A stretch of DNA of 34,624 bases from Candidatus Falkowbacteria bacterium. Its GTDB lineage: Bacteria; Patescibacteriota; Patescibacteriia; Patescibacteriales; UBA12465. Of this stretch, positions 19,191 through 27,390 are shown piece after piece. The notes under the pieces are model-generated. The model searched no databases. It saw nothing but the letters and a program-made list of their open reading frames with translations, and had not been told where the DNA came from. The stretch's first letter is position 1, and each line of letters opens with the position of its first letter. The stretch spans positions 1-34,624 of the forward strand of contig CAIZYV010000052.1 of the NCBI GenBank assembly GCA_903937325.1. The letters are read 5' to 3'. A program made the position numbers and the translations under genes.

Positions 19191-20540
19191 TTAAAATAAG
19201 CCGGTACTGCCGAATCCTTTATCGCCGCGTTGTGAGTCGTCTTTGATTTCTGTCTCGATAATTTCTGGTGTTTCTATTTTTTGTATCAGTAATTGAGCGA
19301 TTTTTTGTCCGCTTTCAATATTATAGATATCTTCACTGAGATTTTTAAATACTACTTTTATTTCTCCGCGGTAACTTGCGTCAATCACTCCGCCCATTGT
19401 TTTATAGCCTTGGCTGGCTAAACCACTTTTATCCCAAATTAAGCCGACGTGACCGGCGGGTAGGGCGATCCTGACTCCGGTAGAAATTAGTGCTTGTCCA
19501 TAAGCGGGTATTGAATAATTATCGGCGGCATAAAGATCCAAACCGGCATCGCCGGGGTGAGGGCGAGTTGGTAGTTTAGCGCTGCTGGTTAGACGTTCTA
19601 TTTTAATAGCTTTTAGCTTTTGTTCGCTGTTTTCCGTTTTGTTTTCTTTGATATTTATTGCTGTCGCATTTTCGGTTTTTTCTTCGGGATGAGCTGCTAA
19701 TCCTTGATTTTCGCTATTATTCTGTTCTGTCAGTAAAGAACTGTCAATAAGAGCGCGTGGCGCCATGGCTAATTCTGGTAAATTGGGCGTGAGCTTGCCT
19801 TTATTAACAAGAATATCACTAACTGCCTGAAAATCTGGCATTTTTTTGATATTGCCAATACTTAAGATACGGTTGGCATATAGCCAGATAAGATAATGGA
19901 TATCTTCGCGGCTCATGATTTCGCCGTTGCGAGTGCATTTGATCAACCGAAAATCAGGTAAATTCTGAGCGATATCCAGATAAGCTTTTTCAGCTTTTTT
20001 AAGATGCCCAATATTATCTTCATGAATATCTTTTGTTTTGCCTTTCCAGTCTTCGCGCTGACGCCCCTTAGCTAATTGTTGAGCGATTTCCGCTTCAACG
20101 TGAAGAATTAGGTATAAGTCTGGTTTGGGTATATTAAAGATTTTGTATTCTATCTCGCTTAGCCAGTTAAAGAAGAGTTTTCGTTCCAAAGAATTTTCTA
20201 TTTTACCGCCTTGATGGGCAAAATTAGAAGATATATAGCGATTTGATACGACAATTTTTCCTTGTTTTAACCATTCACGGATTTGGAAGCTAGCGTCATA
20301 TCGATCGACGGCGTAAAAAAGGGAAGCAGCGTAAGGATTAACTTCATCGGCTCCGCCGTATTTACCAGAGAGATATTCTTCAACCATTCCGGCTGATTTA
20401 GTGTTATATTGAGGAAAATCAGCAATTTCTACGGCATAGCCTTCAGCCTGTAATTTGCCAATCAAAAGCTGAAGCTGGGTAGTTTTACCCGTTCCGTCGG
20501 TGCCGTCAATGACTATGAATTTTCCTGAGTAATTTGACAT
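19191..20540 (-). CDS. tmk-dut: Thymidylate kinase - dUTPase fusion protein
   Basis: N-half: FIVIDGTDGTGKTTQ, FPQY, LFYAVDR, SNRY, PKPDL. C-half has all five trimeric dUTPase motifs (AGLDL, KSGLA, GVIDASYRGE, KIAQL, RGDKGFGSTG). No stop codon between the halves. Confidence 0.93.
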   Translation of the reverse strand: MSNYSGKFIVIDGTDGTGKTTQLQLLIGKLQAEGYAVEIADFPQYNTKSAGMVEEYLSGKYGGADEVNPYAASLFYAVDRYDASFQIREWLKQGKIVVSNRYISSNFAHQGGKIENSLERKLFFNWLSEIEYKIFNIPKPDLYLILHVEAEIAQQLAKGRQREDWKGKTKDIHEDNIGHLKKAEKAYLDIAQNLPDFRLIKCTRNGEIMSREDIHYLIWLYANRILSIGNIKKMPDFQAVSDILVNKGKLTPNLPELAMAPRALIDSSLLTEQNNSENQGLAAHPEEKTENATAINIKENKTENSEQKLKAIKIERLTSSAKLPTRPHPGDAGLDLYAADNYSIPAYGQALISTGVRIALPAGHVGLIWDKSGLASQGYKTMGGVIDASYRGEIKVVFKNLSEDIYNIESGQKIAQLLIQKIETPEIIETEIKDDSQRGDKGFGSTGLF

Positions 20541-20561
20541 AATATCACTTTGTCCGTCGAT

Positions 20562-20597
20562 AAGAAAAGAGCGCCTCGGCTTTGCGTGAGAGCACTC
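20562..20597 (-). terminator. Intra-operon terminator/attenuator-like hairpin upstream of tmk-dut
   Basis: Minus strand GAGTGC-T-CTC...GAG-GCGCTC followed by TTTTCTT. Confidence 0.5.
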
Positions 20598-20617
20598 CTC
20601 CTATTTTTTTAACTCTT

Positions 20618-21172
20618 CTAATTTTGTATCTCTTCCAGAATTTTGTCAATCTGGTTATATAATTCCGGCAGGGATCCGTTATTATTCAGATTGAATTTAG
20701 CGGCGGCCATAACGTCTGGAATTTGTAATTCAGCTTCTCGTTGATTATCTTTTAAAAATTCCTCAAATGTTTTATTAGCATCTCCTACGTTTTCATTACG
20801 TACCTTCATCCTCTCATAACGTAATTGTGGTTCCGCCTCGATACTAATTAAATAAAATCCGGGTATATCTTTAAGACTGATAATATCGTCAAGCCGTCTG
20901 ATGCCGTCTATCACTACTATATCTTGTTGGCTGTTTTTTACATCTTCAGCGATGGCTTTGGCTAAAACATCACTGCCAAAGCGGTTTCTAAGATCTAAAG
21001 ATAGGTTCTGCATATTTTCTCTGGAGATTGGCAGGTATAGTCTGGTTAAAATATTGCGCAGAGCTGTGGAAAATTTGGTGTTATCGGCATTATATTTTTC
21101 GGTAATATATTTTTGACAAACCGCTTTTCCGCTGGCGAGCTTACCGGCAAAGGCGAGGACGAGTTTAGGCAT
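20618..21172 (-). CDS. P-loop nucleotide-kinase-like protein (dephospho-CoA kinase/UPF0200-like)
   Basis: AGKLASGKA P-loop, VVIDGIR, lid-like LRYERMKVR, LNNNGSL. ATG at 21172 lies 1 nt after the thyX stop. Confidence 0.8.
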   Translation of the reverse strand: MPKLVLAFAGKLASGKAVCQKYITEKYNADNTKFSTALRNILTRLYLPISRENMQNLSLDLRNRFGSDVLAKAIAEDVKNSQQDIVVIDGIRRLDDIISLKDIPGFYLISIEAEPQLRYERMKVRNENVGDANKTFEEFLKDNQREAELQIPDVMAAAKFNLNNNGSLPELYNQIDKILEEIQN

Positions 21173-21173
21173 A

Positions 21174-22466
21174 TTAATTTTTTTTAGTAATATCGTGTGA
21201 TCCGCGGCGGACATCCCAATCATCCAAATCAAGATCACAATATAATTTTATTTCCGGTAAAGCTTCGTGTAAAGAATGATACATTTCGTGGGCAATACGC
21301 CTTAGGCTCGGATGAACTGTTTTACCTGAACGTAATTCTGCCACATAAACGGCGGAAGGTAGAGGATGATAAAAATGGCAGGCAACATTAAAGCCCATGG
21401 CAATATAGTATTGACGTTGTTCTTCGCTCACGTTCAGTTGATCAATTGCTTTTTTTTGTTCAGTAATTAAAATTTCCGCTTCTTGTCTTAGGTTATCAGG
21501 CATTTGTTCCAGATACCAGTTTTGGAAACCAAACTTGGTACTAAGCAGCGGCATACGGGAAATAGCGCTACGGTGTCGTTGGATATCACGGAAAGAACCG
21601 TAATCGAGTAAAAATTCAAAAGTACAAGCACCGAGATCGCTGAGAAAATATGGTAAATTAGTCTTTATCGGTCTCTGGTCAAGAATATCAGCATATTTTT
21701 TCAATTCTTCTCGTTTGATGTTATGACTAAAAGAGAAGACGGGCGGATTTTCATCTTGAAAATAATTATATTTTTTTGTCATCGCTTCTCGGTAAGATTC
21801 TTGTTCCGGATAAAGAGGGTGACAAAAACTGTTTTCGTATTTTTCTTTTAATTTGTTTAATATTTCTGCGGCAATTTCCCTAACTTCTACTAGAGGATAA
21901 TGTTGCAGTAAAGCTAAGTGGTCCCAGGCTTGGCGGAGATTACTATGCCAACTTAGTTGAGTGGTGATGCCGGCCGGTAGGAATCCGCGCATAATATCAA
22001 AAGCACGGGCCGCGATAGCCTTTTGATAGATATTTTCTACTTCACCATTATTGAGTGGATATTTTTCTATTAAATAAGGTTTGAGGCGTTCTTGGCCGGA
22101 AATATAGAAATCCATCCATTTTTTTAAAATAGCGCTCGTTTCCTCGCTGCCGATCGGATCGACAATCACCTGTTTGGCCATATCGATATAACGGGTGCTG
22201 GTTTCCTGTCCGCTGTATAATGGCCAGTCTTGGATGGCTTTATCTGCCAATATACTTATACCTTCGATAAAGATTGTTGTGCTACCACAGTCGGCGATAG
22301 AAGCGTGGCCGTAGCCGACATAAAAAGTCGACATAAATTTACCGGAACCACTTTGTCTTACTTTTTCCGCATGCTCTTCTGCGCTTTTAGGACTGCGGGA
22401 ATAGAGGGCTTGCATCATCGCCACATCTTCCGGACTGAATTCATCGTAGATAAAAATTTTAGCCAT
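21174..22466 (-). CDS. thyX: Flavin-dependent thymidylate synthase, long two-domain ThyX type
   Basis: GYGHASIAD, ETSTRY, FDIMRGFLP and DYGSFRDIQRHR motifs; pyrimidine deoxynucleotide gene context. Confidence 0.85.
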   Translation of the reverse strand: MAKIFIYDEFSPEDVAMMQALYSRSPKSAEEHAEKVRQSGSGKFMSTFYVGYGHASIADCGSTTIFIEGISILADKAIQDWPLYSGQETSTRYIDMAKQVIVDPIGSEETSAILKKWMDFYISGQERLKPYLIEKYPLNNGEVENIYQKAIAARAFDIMRGFLPAGITTQLSWHSNLRQAWDHLALLQHYPLVEVREIAAEILNKLKEKYENSFCHPLYPEQESYREAMTKKYNYFQDENPPVFSFSHNIKREELKKYADILDQRPIKTNLPYFLSDLGACTFEFLLDYGSFRDIQRHRSAISRMPLLSTKFGFQNWYLEQMPDNLRQEAEILITEQKKAIDQLNVSEEQRQYYIAMGFNVACHFYHPLPSAVYVAELRSGKTVHPSLRRIAHEMYHSLHEALPEIKLYCDLDLDDWDVRRGSHDITKKN

Positions 22467-22476
22467 ATAAATTATC

Positions 22477-22974
22477 TTATTGCATATCTTTATAAGTCAC
22501 CATCTCCGTAGACACCAAGGAAAATTCTACTCCTGCTTCGGCAAATATTTCTTGGCTACGTTTGCCAGCGTGATAATCTTGAGCACAGACGACACGTTTA
22601 ATGCCGGCGTTGATAATCATTTTTGCGCAAACATAGCAGGGCGTCATTTTGCAATATAAAGTGCCACCATTAATAGAAATTCCCATGCGCGCAGCTTCGC
22701 AGATGACATTTTGTTCGGCGTGAGTGGTGCGGATACAGTGGCGGCTAGTTTCGCCGTCTTCATGGGTGACGGTATGCATTTCATGGCCGACTTCGTCGCA
22801 GTGAGGCAAGCCGATTGGTGAGCCGGCATAGCCGGTGGAAATTATGCGACGATCGCGAGCGATAACGCAACCAGCGCGTCCGCGGTCACAGCTACCGCGT
22901 GAGCCAACTAAGCTGGCGATTTGTAAAAAATATTCGTCCCAGGAGGGACGTACGTAAGCAGTAGCTTCATTCAT
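22477..22974 (-). CDS. dCMP deaminase (ComEB/deoxycytidylate deaminase family)
   Basis: RPSWDEYF, HAEQN and TPCYVC zinc motifs. Confidence 0.92.
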   Translation of the reverse strand: MNEATAYVRPSWDEYFLQIASLVGSRGSCDRGRAGCVIARDRRIISTGYAGSPIGLPHCDEVGHEMHTVTHEDGETSRHCIRTTHAEQNVICEAARMGISINGGTLYCKMTPCYVCAKMIINAGIKRVVCAQDYHAGKRSQEIFAEAGVEFSLVSTEMVTYKDMQ

Positions 22975-23144
22975 ATTTTTAGATATTTATATTTTTTAAT
23001 ATCTCCTTCATTGTAGTATAGAAGTAGAATTTATAAAATATTGACAATATCTGCTTAATCTTTTTTCAATTGATTTTTTCCGTTAAAAAGGTTAAACTAA
23101 GTTTAAGATTTGCTTTAATCTTGGCGCGAAAATTTCCATTTTTT

Positions 23145-24383
23145 ATGAAATATTGGCGATATTTATTTTCTCTTTTTTTTCTAATTTTTTGTTTCTGGCC
23201 CAATATTAGTTATGGGGCGTCTTTAGCGGAGAAATTATCCGGTCGAATTTTGTTGAGCGTCACAGAAAATGGAGAGGCTTGGTATGTTAGCCCGGTTGAT
23301 TTACGCCGTTATTTTTTAGGTCGTCCGGCTGATGCTTTTCGAGTGATGCGCGAATTAGGTTTAGGGATAAACGAGATACAGTTTCAAGAGATTGCTCAAG
23401 CAGGTTTGCCGGTTGAGGGTAATCGCGAGTTGGCTAGTCGTTTGTCTGGTCGTATTATTTTGCAAGTAGAAAAGAATGGTGAAGCTTGGTATGTTAATCC
23501 GGTTGATTTAAAGAAATATTTTCTCGGTCGTCCTGATGATGCTTTTCGAGTGATGCGTGAATTAGGTTTGGGGATAAGTCGGAGTGACCTAGCTTTAATA
23601 CATAAGCCTGGTTTAAGCGAAAGCCTTAATGCTTACAGTCACTATACTTATGAAAATATTCAAACAGAAAGAGGTAATTTTGCGGTTGATATTGTTAAGA
23701 TTGATTTACGTAATCCGAACTTAAAAATAATGAGTCTGGCCGCCGATCAATCACTTTGTCCGGATGGAATTTGTTCTGCTCGCCCTTTGGCCGATTATGT
23801 TTTTTCTAATAAGGGTTTTGCCGGTGTAAATGGCAGTTATTTTTGTTCATCTGCTGGCTGTGGCCAAGCTAATTATTATTTTTTTCCGGTGTATGACAGT
23901 ATCACCGGCATGATGATTAATCAGGATCAGTTGAAATATTGGACTACCGGTCCTTTGGTCGCTTTTGATATTAATAATAAATTTTATTATTTTAAGGATG
24001 CGCGTGATTTTAAAAGTCCTGATGATTTTGAGAAGAATTACGGCGTTAAGTTACAGGCGGCCTTAGGTAATAAGCCTCGTTTAGTAGAAAATAGGATGAA
24101 TGTTCTTATTGATTGGGAATTAGATAAGGGTCAGAAGACAGGAAAATATTGGCGCAATGCTCTTGGTTATAAAGATTCTGTTGATAATCCTGGTCATGGC
24201 AGCTTATATCTTGTTATCGCTCGCCAGGCGACTGTCGATGATTTAGCGGTAATTATGAAAGAAATGGATATGGATTATGCTCTTAATCTGGATGGCGGAT
24301 CTTCTTCCGCTTTAATTTATAACGGCGAATACATGGTTGGCCCGGGGAGGAATATTCCCAACGCCTTAGTCTTTACCCAATAA
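23145..24383 (+). CDS. Secreted phosphodiester glycosidase (NAGPA) family protein with two N-terminal repeats
   Basis: Signal peptide from the ATG at 23145, two GRILL..GEAWYV.P...YFLGRP repeats, and C-terminal VNGSYF, RNALG and ALNLDGGSSS. Confidence 0.8.
   Translation: MKYWRYLFSLFFLIFCFWPNISYGASLAEKLSGRILLSVTENGEAWYVSPVDLRRYFLGRPADAFRVMRELGLGINEIQFQEIAQAGLPVEGNRELASRLSGRIILQVEKNGEAWYVNPVDLKKYFLGRPDDAFRVMRELGLGISRSDLALIHKPGLSESLNAYSHYTYENIQTERGNFAVDIVKIDLRNPNLKIMSLAADQSLCPDGICSARPLADYVFSNKGFAGVNGSYFCSSAGCGQANYYFFPVYDSITGMMINQDQLKYWTTGPLVAFDINNKFYYFKDARDFKSPDDFEKNYGVKLQAALGNKPRLVENRMNVLIDWELDKGQKTGKYWRNALGYKDSVDNPGHGSLYLVIARQATVDDLAVIMKEMDMDYALNLDGGSSSALIYNGEYMVGPGRNIPNALVFTQ
23235..23577 (+). 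repeat. Intragenic direct repeat, 2 x ~136 nt with a 207-nt (69-aa) period
   Basis: Copies at 23235-23370 and 23442-23577 share long near-identical tracts such as GATGCTTTTCGAGTGATGCG and GAATTAGGTTT. Confidence 0.9.
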
Positions 24384-24386
24384 TTT

Positions 24387-24659
24387 ATGAATATTTTGGA
24401 ATTACAGAAAAGTTTGCAGGAACGAGGTAAAATTTCTTTCCATGCTAAAGTTTCTCCTGGGGCAGATAAGACTGAATGGCAAGAATCCTTAGCTGATGGT
24501 ACCTTGCGTTTGAAAGTAAAAGCGGCTCCCGAAAGAGGGCAGGCAAATGCCGAAGTCGTTTCTTTTATTGCCAGTGTATTTGGAGTGAATAAAAAAATGG
24601 TAGCGATTACAGCCGGCGGCGGTTCTCGTTTAAAAAGAATAAAGGTTAAAAAAGCTTAA
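24387..24659 (+). CDS. DUF167 / UPF0235 (YggU-like) protein
   Basis: KVSPGA...LKVKAAPERGQAN...ITAGGGSRLK. Confidence 0.9.
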   Translation: MNILELQKSLQERGKISFHAKVSPGADKTEWQESLADGTLRLKVKAAPERGQANAEVVSFIASVFGVNKKMVAITAGGGSRLKRIKVKKA

Positions 24660-24668
24660 TTATTTCTT

Positions 24669-25517
24669 ATGATTGATATTTCCGTTATCATTGTTTCTTG
24701 GAAAGTTAGAGAGAAGCTACGTGCCAATCTCTTGTCTTTAAGAACGGCTTTGCGGGATCTTAAAGCGGAAATACTTTTGGTTGATAATAATTCTGAAGAT
24801 GGCACCTTAGAAATGTTGGCAGAGGAGTTTCCGGAAATTACAGTTATTGCGAATCAGTATAACTTTGGTTTCGCTCGTGCTAACAATCAAGCCATGGCCG
24901 TGGCTCAAGGACATTTTATTTTATTACTTAATCCAGATATGCGTGTTTTTCCCGATACCATTGCTAAGGCACTTGTTTGGGCAGAAAATAATTCTCAGGC
25001 TACGGTTAGCGGCTGCCGTTTGGAAAATGATGAAGGAAACTTATTGCCACATGTCCGCCGTTTTCCGCGTTTGAGCGATCAATTGGCTATAATTTTAAAA
25101 TTACCTCACCTTTTGCCGTCTTGTCTCGACACTTATTTACAAACAGATTTTGACTATCATCAGGCGGCGAAAGTAGATTCTATTAGGGGGGCTTTTTTTC
25201 TGATTAACAGGGAAGCTTGGCGGCACCTTAGCGGTGCTTCCGCACCCTTTTTAGATGAGCGCTATTTTATCTGGTTTGAAGAAGTTGACTTTTGCCGGCA
25301 GGTATATAAAAATGGCGGGGAAGTCTGGTATATGCCTGAGGCCGCTTGTGTTGATTATGTCGGACAGAGTTTTAGCCAGGTCAAGCTCGGGTTGAAGCAA
25401 AAATATTTTCAGGATTCAATGTTAAAATATTTTCAGAAATGGGAGCCTTATTATCAGTCGGTCATTTTAAAAATTGCCTGGTTTTTCAGTCGCGCTATTT
25501 TAAAACTTTTTTCATAG
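24669..25517 (+). CDS. Glycosyltransferase family 2 (WbbL/rhamnosyltransferase-like)
   Basis: SVIIVSW, VDNNSEDGT, NFGFARANN, LLLNPD, FEEVDFC. Confidence 0.9.
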   Translation: MIDISVIIVSWKVREKLRANLLSLRTALRDLKAEILLVDNNSEDGTLEMLAEEFPEITVIANQYNFGFARANNQAMAVAQGHFILLLNPDMRVFPDTIAKALVWAENNSQATVSGCRLENDEGNLLPHVRRFPRLSDQLAIILKLPHLLPSCLDTYLQTDFDYHQAAKVDSIRGAFFLINREAWRHLSGASAPFLDERYFIWFEEVDFCRQVYKNGGEVWYMPEAACVDYVGQSFSQVKLGLKQKYFQDSMLKYFQKWEPYYQSVILKIAWFFSRAILKLFS

Positions 25518-25518
25518 T

Positions 25519-26577
25519 ATGAAGATTGCGATTATCCTCTTAAATTATAAAGATTATGCTGAACGTTTCTTAACGCCTTGTTTAGCTTCGATTCGAAATT
25601 TAAATTTGGCAACCAAGCCAGATCTTTTTATTGTTGATAATGCCAGCACATCTTCTTCAGCTAATTATTTGCGTACTTTGGCGCCGGAGGCACGTTTGCT
25701 TTTTAACGTTGGTAATGATGGTTTTGCCAAAGGGAATAATGATGCCTTGCGCTTGGTTTTGGCGGAAAATTATGAACAGATATTACTTTTGAATATGGAC
25801 GCCTCTTTAGATAGCAACGCCTTGCTTGAACTAATTAGAATTGCTGCTAAATATCCTCAAGCTGGCGCTATCCAAGCACGTTTGATGCTTGATCCTGATC
25901 GCCATTTGCTTAATAGCCTCGGCAATGTCACTCATTTTTTAGGTTTTGGCTATTGTCGCGGCTATCGCCAGCCTTTTCAAGATAAAGGAGAAGAAATCAG
26001 TAAAATTGCTTATCCTTCCGGCGCTTGCGTATTGTTGCGCGCTAGTGCTTTGCGTCAAGTTGCTTTGTTTGATGAAGAGTTTTGGATGTATAATGAAGAT
26101 CAGGACTTGGGTTGGCGTTTGTGGTTGGCTGGCTGGCAGTGTTTATTAGCACCGCGGGCGATCGCCTATCATCAGTATGAATTTAGTCGTTCAATAAGTA
26201 AGTATTATTGGATGGAAAGAAATCGTTTGATTGCCGCTTGGAAAAATTATTCTCTTTTATCTTTATTGCTGTTTTTTCCGGCCTTTATTGCAATGGAAAT
26301 AGGTATGAGCTTTTTTTCTTTCCGTTCCGGTTGGTTTTCCGAGAAGCTTAAAGCTTGGGTTTATTTTTTTAATCCGCGCCACTGGTCTTATTTATATACT
26401 GCTAGGCGGAGTGCTCAAGCTCTGCGCGTTGTTCCCGATTATAAAATTTTACCTCTTTTTTCCGGTAAGATCTGGTATCAAGAAATTGATAATCCTGTTT
26501 TAAAGTATTTAGTTAATCCTCTTTTTTCTCTTTATTTTTCTGTTGTTCGGTTTTTAATTAAGGCTTGTCGGCAATAA
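25519..26577 (+). CDS. Glycosyltransferase family 2
   Basis: VDNAS, GFAKGNN, LLLNMD, SGAC, YNEDQDL. Confidence 0.9.
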   Translation: MKIAIILLNYKDYAERFLTPCLASIRNLNLATKPDLFIVDNASTSSSANYLRTLAPEARLLFNVGNDGFAKGNNDALRLVLAENYEQILLLNMDASLDSNALLELIRIAAKYPQAGAIQARLMLDPDRHLLNSLGNVTHFLGFGYCRGYRQPFQDKGEEISKIAYPSGACVLLRASALRQVALFDEEFWMYNEDQDLGWRLWLAGWQCLLAPRAIAYHQYEFSRSISKYYWMERNRLIAAWKNYSLLSLLLFFPAFIAMEIGMSFFSFRSGWFSEKLKAWVYFFNPRHWSYLYTARRSAQALRVVPDYKILPLFSGKIWYQEIDNPVLKYLVNPLFSLYFSVVRFLIKACRQ

Positions 26578-26578
26578 T

Positions 26579-27367
26579 ATGGATTTATCTATCATCATCG
26601 TCAATTATAAAAGTAAGGCAAAATTAATAAATTGCCTGCATTCTTTATCGTCTGCTGATTTTTCTGGTATTAATTATGAGATTATTGTGGTTGAAAATGC
26701 TTCAGGCGATGATCTTTCCGATTTATTAACTCCTTTTCCTAACGTTCGCTGGCTGGATAGTCCGTTAAATCTTGGCATGGGTGGTGGTAATAATTTTGGC
26801 ATCAGAGAAAGCCGTGGCGATTTTATTTTAATTGCCAATCCAGATTTGCTTTTTAGTTATAGTTCTGTTAAACAATTGTATGAATATCTGCGTCTGCATA
26901 CGGAAGCGGCTATTGTCGGTCCGCAGCTTTTAAATCCGGATGGCAGTCTGCAATATTCCTGTGCTCGTTTTCCTAATTTTTTTCTGCCTCTGATTCGTCG
27001 AACGGCGTTTGGTCGTTATTTTCCGTCACTGGTTAATCGTTATCTCATGAGAGCGGATAATCATAACGAAATACGAGTAGTTGATTGGTTGCTCGGCGCC
27101 TGTCTAATGGTGAGAAGAAATGAGCTTTTTGAAAATGGCTGCTTGTTTGATGAACGTTTTTTCATGTATTTTGAAGATGTTGATCTTTGTCGTCGCGCCT
27201 CACTTGCCGGTAAGCAAGTAATATATTATCCTTTAGCCCAACTTACCCATGATCACATGCGCGATAGTGCCCGTTTGCCCTGGTATCACGCCATAATCAA
27301 TGATAAACTAGCAAGAGAGCATCTTAAATCTTGGTGGAAATATTTTAAAAAGTGGGGACTGCGCTAA
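26579..27367 (+). CDS. Glycosyltransferase family 2 (WbbL-like)
   Basis: SIIIVNY, VENASGD, NLGMGGGNN, ANPD, FFMYFEDVDLC. Confidence 0.9.
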   Translation: MDLSIIIVNYKSKAKLINCLHSLSSADFSGINYEIIVVENASGDDLSDLLTPFPNVRWLDSPLNLGMGGGNNFGIRESRGDFILIANPDLLFSYSSVKQLYEYLRLHTEAAIVGPQLLNPDGSLQYSCARFPNFFLPLIRRTAFGRYFPSLVNRYLMRADNHNEIRVVDWLLGACLMVRRNELFENGCLFDERFFMYFEDVDLCRRASLAGKQVIYYPLAQLTHDHMRDSARLPWYHAIINDKLAREHLKSWWKYFKKWGLR

Positions 27368-27390
27368 GCGGTGTCCTTACCTATAATCAT

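Noticed and set aside
21173..21238. Extended N-terminus of the kinase ORF given in the track
   Set aside because: It overlaps the thyX 3' end; the ATG at 21172 gives a normal start before the P-loop.
20618..22974. Kinase plus deaminase as an AvcID/dCTP-deaminase anti-phage system
   Set aside because: The domains are separate genes, the deaminase looks like the housekeeping ComEB type, and the context (thyX, tmk, dut) is biosynthetic.
23235..23577. Direct repeats as a CRISPR array or DGR template/variable repeat pair
   Set aside because: Only two in-frame copies, with differences mostly synonymous rather than adenine-specific, and no cas or reverse transcriptase gene in the window.
27382..27387. 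TATAAT just before galU as a leaderless promoter
   Set aside because: Only 3 nt from the ATG and no clear -35 box; cannot be supported.
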